DNA of 64,000 nt from Lama glama (taxonomy: Eukaryota): the NCBI GenBank assembly GCA_028534125.1, contig CM052832.1:15502001-15566000 (forward strand). Direction: 5' to 3'. The translations under genes and the position numbers were made by a program. Shown here in pieces: positions 62,821 to 64,000 of the stretch (its first letter is position 1; every line of letters begins with the position of its first letter). The notes under the pieces are model-generated. The model was given only the letters and a program-made list of their open reading frames with translations. It had not been told where the DNA came from and ran no database searches.

Positions 62821-64000
62821 AGGGAAGAAATCTAAGGGGGTCTGGCAGTGGTGGGGGGGCAGGGGGTCAGGAAACTGGAGATATAAAACTATGGATCATT
62901 GGTATTTAAATAGTTTAACACAGAAAAGTGGATAAAAATCACCCAAGAGTGTACAGTTAAAAGATGGTGAAAAGAGCCATGTAAAACACTAGCATTTGAG
63001 AAAGGTATTAAAAATGATAACATCTAATCCTTACTGAGTGCTGTATGCCTCATTTCCCTTTAAGTTGAAAATATTTTCCCTTTATGTATATGATCCCTCC
63101 CTGAGAGAACTGATCCCTGTTAAGGTGTGGGGAACTAATGTTCTCACTCATACTAATAGCTGACATTTATTGAGTTTACCGAGTGCAAGGCACTGTTCCT
63201 AAGTACTTTACATGTATTAATTCTCAAACTCTGTGAATGTATTAAATGCTAATGAAGAACTACAGAGATAGAGAGTGAAGATACAGGACACAGAGGATAA
63301 TTAAAGAGCAAAGCTCTGGGAAGGGAGCTAGCCTTAGACAGTAGAAGGGACATCTCTCCCACTATAAGGAGGCAAGGACAGAAGCAGAGGTGCACGTTTA
63401 AGTCAGTTTAAACCAAAATCTTTCATGATGGAACTCCATTTCTCTGTTATACTTTTAAATTAAATTTAAAAACCCCCAACACTTTCTAACATGGCTTTTA
63501 ATTGGATTTATTGAAGTAGTGAAGTGCTATGGGGATTAAACTCTTTAATGCTATGGGGAGAAAGCAATCCTGCCATAAGTTCAGAGGGCTGGGCAGGTTC
63601 AGTATTTCTTGAACATCTGTTAAGTGCCAGGTATATCTGAAGCTTTACAGATCCCAAGATTGGCAACATACAGAGACTGTATGGGTGGGCACCTGTTCCT
63701 GTGGGTTGGCCAGCACTCATTCCCTACTCTGCTGTCTCAGGACTTCAATTTCCCCTTGAGGATTCCAGGATTTGTTGCCTCAATGGAACATATGATCAAG
63801 GTGCTCTAACCAGAGGGTGGACTTGAGGCTCAGAGTTCTCTCCTGGGAAATTTTATCTGGAGATGAGTGACACAAGAAGTAAGACTGATTGAGTCATCAT
63901 CCCTAAGCATATGACTTGAAGAATTCCCCAGGAATTCCTGCCCCAAGCCGCTGGAGCTGACCCAGGTCTGACAAGGCTGTCTTTTAGCCCTTCCTTCCAT

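Noticed and set aside
1..64000. CRISPR arrays, operons or other prokaryotic systems
   Set aside because: The sequence is clearly mammalian and shows no regularly spaced repeat-spacer pattern.

Overview
Mammalian genomic DNA, most likely camelid (alpaca/camel), judged from tRNA-Ala-derived vic-1-like SINEs. The first 12.5 kb holds a complete, intact BAK1 gene (+ strand, 6 exons, 211 aa). It includes the 20-nt neural N-Bak poison microexon, a long overlapping uORF, an intronic IRF/ISRE site and four 8mer miRNA sites. Upstream on the - strand lie five coding exons of GGNBP1, which carry a frameshift and a GT>AT donor change and are probably pseudogenised. Further right are three CpG-rich promoter-like patches and a dead KRAB zinc-finger locus with two KRAB-A/B modules (about 23-35.5 kb) behind an intact-looking promoter. 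The rest is dense in transposon relics: nested solo LTRs, L1, ERV-L, Tigger1, a MER8-like element, CR1/L3, hAT, MLT1, MIR and L2. Gene and repeat-family names come from recognition without database searches; the splice sites, reading frames and target-site duplications were read directly from the sequence.
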